From Desulfobulbaceae bacterium (lineage in GTDB: Bacteria; Desulfobacterota; Desulfobulbia; Desulfobulbales; Desulfocapsaceae): a DNA stretch of 64,000 nucleotides. Under the pieces are notes generated by a model. The model ran no database searches. It saw nothing but the letters and a program-made list of their open reading frames with translations, and was not told where the DNA came from. Where the stretch lies: positions 6,419-70,418 of the forward strand of contig JANOIV010000191.1 of assembly GCA_031407875.1 (NCBI GenBank), given 5' to 3'. Positions 61,443-64,000 of this stretch are shown here, piece after piece. A program made the translations under genes and the position numbers. How positions within the stretch are numbered: the stretch's first letter is position 1; the number at the start of each line of letters is the position of its first letter.

Positions 61443-62657
61443 ATGAAGAAACTCGTCATACTCGGTGCTGGCTGTGGAGGCACCATGATGGCCAACAAAA
61501 TGAGGAAAGACCTGGACGATGATTGGAGCATTACCCTGATCGACAAGGATAATGTCCATCATTATCAGCCAGGTTGGCTCTTTGTGCCATTTGATATCAA
61601 TAAGCCACAGGATATCAGGAGAAGCAGGAGAGAATTTATCAAACCGGGGATCGAGTTTGTCATCTCCAAACTGACCAACGTCGATTGGGACAAGCAGGAG
61701 ATAACCACCGCCACTGAAGGCAAATTCAAATATGACATCCTTGTCATGGCCACCGGCTGCGATGTACGCCCAGAGGAGGTTGAGGGCCTGCAGGAGGGTT
61801 GGGGCAAGGATATTCATGGATTCTACCGAGTTGACGACTCTCAGGAACTGGGCAAGGCCCTGAAACAATTCAAGGGTGGAAAACTGGTCATCAATATCGC
61901 CGAGATGCCGATCAAGTGCCCGGTAGCCCCCCTCGAATTCGCCTTTCTGGCCGACTGGTATTTCCACACCCGAAAAATGCGTGACCAGGTGGAAATAGAA
62001 TTAGTCACCCCGTTGGCGGGCGCCTTCACTAAACCCGTCGCCACCAAAGTCCTGACCTCGGCCTGCGAAGACAAGAACATCAAGATAACCCCCAACTTTG
62101 CCATAGGTTCGGTCGACCATGTGAAAAAGGTCATCTCGGCCTATGACGGCACAGAAGTCAGTTATGACATGCTGGTCTCCATCCCGCCCAACTTCGGGGC
62201 ACAGGTGATGATTGACTCCGGCATCAGCGACCCGATGGGTTATATTCCCGTCGACAAGACTACCCTGCAACCCCCAGATCGTGATAACGTCTGGGTAATC
62301 GGTGACGGTACCGACGTCCCCACCTCCAAGGCCGGGGCAGTAGCCCATTTTCAGGGTGATATAATCCACGAGAATATCATGGCATATGTCAATGGAGGTG
62401 AACAGCACGCCCGCTCGGACGGGCACGCGGTCTGATTCATCGAATCAGGCTTCGGGAAAGCCTATATCATCGACTTCAACTACGACACTGAACCTTTTAC
62501 CGGTAAATACCCCTTTCCTGCCATTGGCCCGCTCAGTCTTCTGAAGGAGACTGAGGTCAACCACATGGCCAAACTGATGTTCAAATGGGCCTATTTCAAC
62601 CTCCTGCTTGCAGGAACATGGCTTGGCCCTCCCGCCATGATGTTTGAAGGAAAAATA
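61443..62657 (+). CDS. sqr: type III sulfide:quinone oxidoreductase, probable selenoprotein (404 aa, Sec331)
   Basis: GAGCGG, HYQPG, KCPVAPLEF, GDGTD.PTSKAGAVAHFQ; in-frame TGA 62433..62435 in DGHAV-*-FIESG, then 73 SQR-like codons to TAA. Confidence 0.9.
62447..62463 (+). promoter_or_regulatory. bacterial SECIS-like hairpin
   Basis: AGGCTT-cggga-AAGCCT starting 11 nt after the UGA, G at the second loop position. Confidence 0.7.
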
Positions 62658-62709
62658 ATAGCCAAAAGACGCTGATTGCTGAGAAAAGCAAGCCCATCTT
62701 TTGCAAGTT

Positions 62710-62747
62710 ACCGTCGGAACCAGTTCTGGTTCCGACGGTTTTTTTTT
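62710..62747 (+). terminator. intrinsic terminator after full-length sqr
   Basis: ACCGTCGGAACCA / TGGTTCCGACGGT followed by a T run. Confidence 0.9.
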
Positions 62748-62996
62748 GTCTAACCGACACTCCGGAATGGCTCTGCTCTTCCGATCAAGACTCCGTGTCC
62801 TCCTACTCCTCCCGTACAACCGCGAAGCCAACCTCATTGCCGGCATAATTGCGGCGATTTTCAACGGAAAAACAGCAGACAGATCATTGACCAAAGGCGG
62901 CAAAACATGGTACAGGTCATCTGAGAGAAAAATCACCGCAGAAGCCCCGGGGCTTTTCCGCAGGGCGAGTACAGCGTCTACATTTGAGAGAAATAT

Positions 62997-63350
62997 ATGA
63001 GTGAAGTCGAAGAAATAGCGCAACTCGTCGAGACGGTTCTGGCGGCGTATGCCGGGGGGGATGAGGAGGTAATCGAGGCGAATAGCAACGCCATCCTGAT
63101 CAACTATCTGGAGGCCATGCGTGACATCCATTTCGAAAAATCCCACGTAGATTGGCTCAACGAAATCATCGCGACCGTCGACGGAGATACTCCGCAACAG
63201 CTCATAGCCGTGCTCGAACGGGAAGAAAACCCGGATTACGTCTTCCGCGGCTCTCAGATCGCGGTCTTGATCGCCGGCTACAGACATCTCGACAGTCTGG
63301 TCACCATCGCCCAGGCCGTCGGCATCAAGGCCCTTTTGCAGAACGACTGA
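62997..63350 (+). CDS. hypothetical protein
   Basis: 117-aa acidic helical ORF with purine-rich RBS. Confidence 0.7.
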   Translation: MSEVEEIAQLVETVLAAYAGGDEEVIEANSNAILINYLEAMRDIHFEKSHVDWLNEIIATVDGDTPQQLIAVLEREENPDYVFRGSQIAVLIAGYRHLDSLVTIAQAVGIKALLQND

Positions 63351-63403
63351 CACTTCCCGTGGAATCCGGACTGACGAACACGAACAGGGAGAACCCATCA
63401 CCA

Positions 63404-63802
63404 ATGACGTTACAGGACACAATTCAAGCAGAACTGCAGGTCTCCATCAAGGCCAAAGACGCCGCAAGAAAGGGGGCCGTGCGCATCCTCATCGGTGAAT
63501 TCCAGCGTCAGCCCAAGAAGGTGCTGACCGACGAACAGGTCATCGCTATCATCAAAAAACTGCTCAAATCAGAAAAAGAACTTCTGACACTGGCCAAGGA
63601 AGAGACCTCCGACTTTCTTACAATCATGGAAGGCTATCTGCCTCGACAGGCCAGTCGAGAGGAGATCGTCGCCTGGATTGCCGCCAATATTGATTTTTCC
63701 GCCTTAGGTAGCCGTATGCAGGCCATGAAACCGATAATGGCCCACTTCGGCAGTACAACCGATGGCAACACCGTCAAGGAAATCCTGCAGAATATCGACT
63801 GA
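63404..63802 (+). CDS. GatB/YqeY domain protein
   Basis: MTLQDTI..EL..SIKAKD, YLPRQAS.EEI, MKPIMAHFG..DG. Confidence 0.88.
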   Translation: MTLQDTIQAELQVSIKAKDAARKGAVRILIGEFQRQPKKVLTDEQVIAIIKKLLKSEKELLTLAKEETSDFLTIMEGYLPRQASREEIVAWIAANIDFSALGSRMQAMKPIMAHFGSTTDGNTVKEILQNID

Positions 63803-64000
63803 GCCATCCGATCTGTCAGATTGCCCGGATAATTCGGACGGCAAAGGAGGTGAGTGGATGACACAGAGGTCGAAAAAGTGCAAGGGCTCATCGCTTCACG
63901 CAGTTGACGCTCCCACAACAACCGCATCGATTGTACATTCTTACACCAGGACGCTACAAACATGAAACCAGGCAAACTCCTCACGTACAGCACCACTGTG

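Noticed and set aside
62433-62435. sqr as a pseudogene with a premature stop
   Set aside because: The stop falls at the expected catalytic Cys, the downstream frame is intact and a SECIS-like hairpin follows
62445-63422. 325-aa minus-strand ORF
   Set aside because: Overlaps the sqr 3' end, its terminator and the 117-aa gene on the other strand; not protein-like

Overview
Mostly core chromosome of a sulfate/sulfur-cycling deltaproteobacterium; gene content suggests Desulfobulbales, which is inference. Housekeeping blocks: leuA with a Leu-leader attenuator; ilvBN-psd; asd-rsmD-coaD-Rieske-cytochrome b; mglB-mglA-giant acidic protein; tatD-yggS-ugd; pilC; tamAB; rlmD-lysS-lolCD-dmeF; hisD-rsmG-leuB-prs; radical SAM-hemE-HD; MFS-acs; two citrate synthases. 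Signals the ORF track misses: (1) a type III sulfide:quinone oxidoreductase whose second catalytic Cys codon is an in-frame TGA followed by a SECIS-like hairpin, i.e. a probable selenoprotein (true CDS 61443..62657), next to a DUF1641 partner; (2) an integrase-less cluster of three attC-like sites with two cassette-like genes at 189..1400, downstream of a 168-bp promoter-bearing repeat that recurs at 5373..5540 beside a RAYT/REP-like remnant; (3) an MglAB operon carrying a 1173-aa acidic, repeat-built candidate polar scaffold; (4) several MITE-like elements abutting stop codons, and an internally deleted IS3 at an MCP pseudogene. No rRNA, tRNA or CRISPR array was seen.
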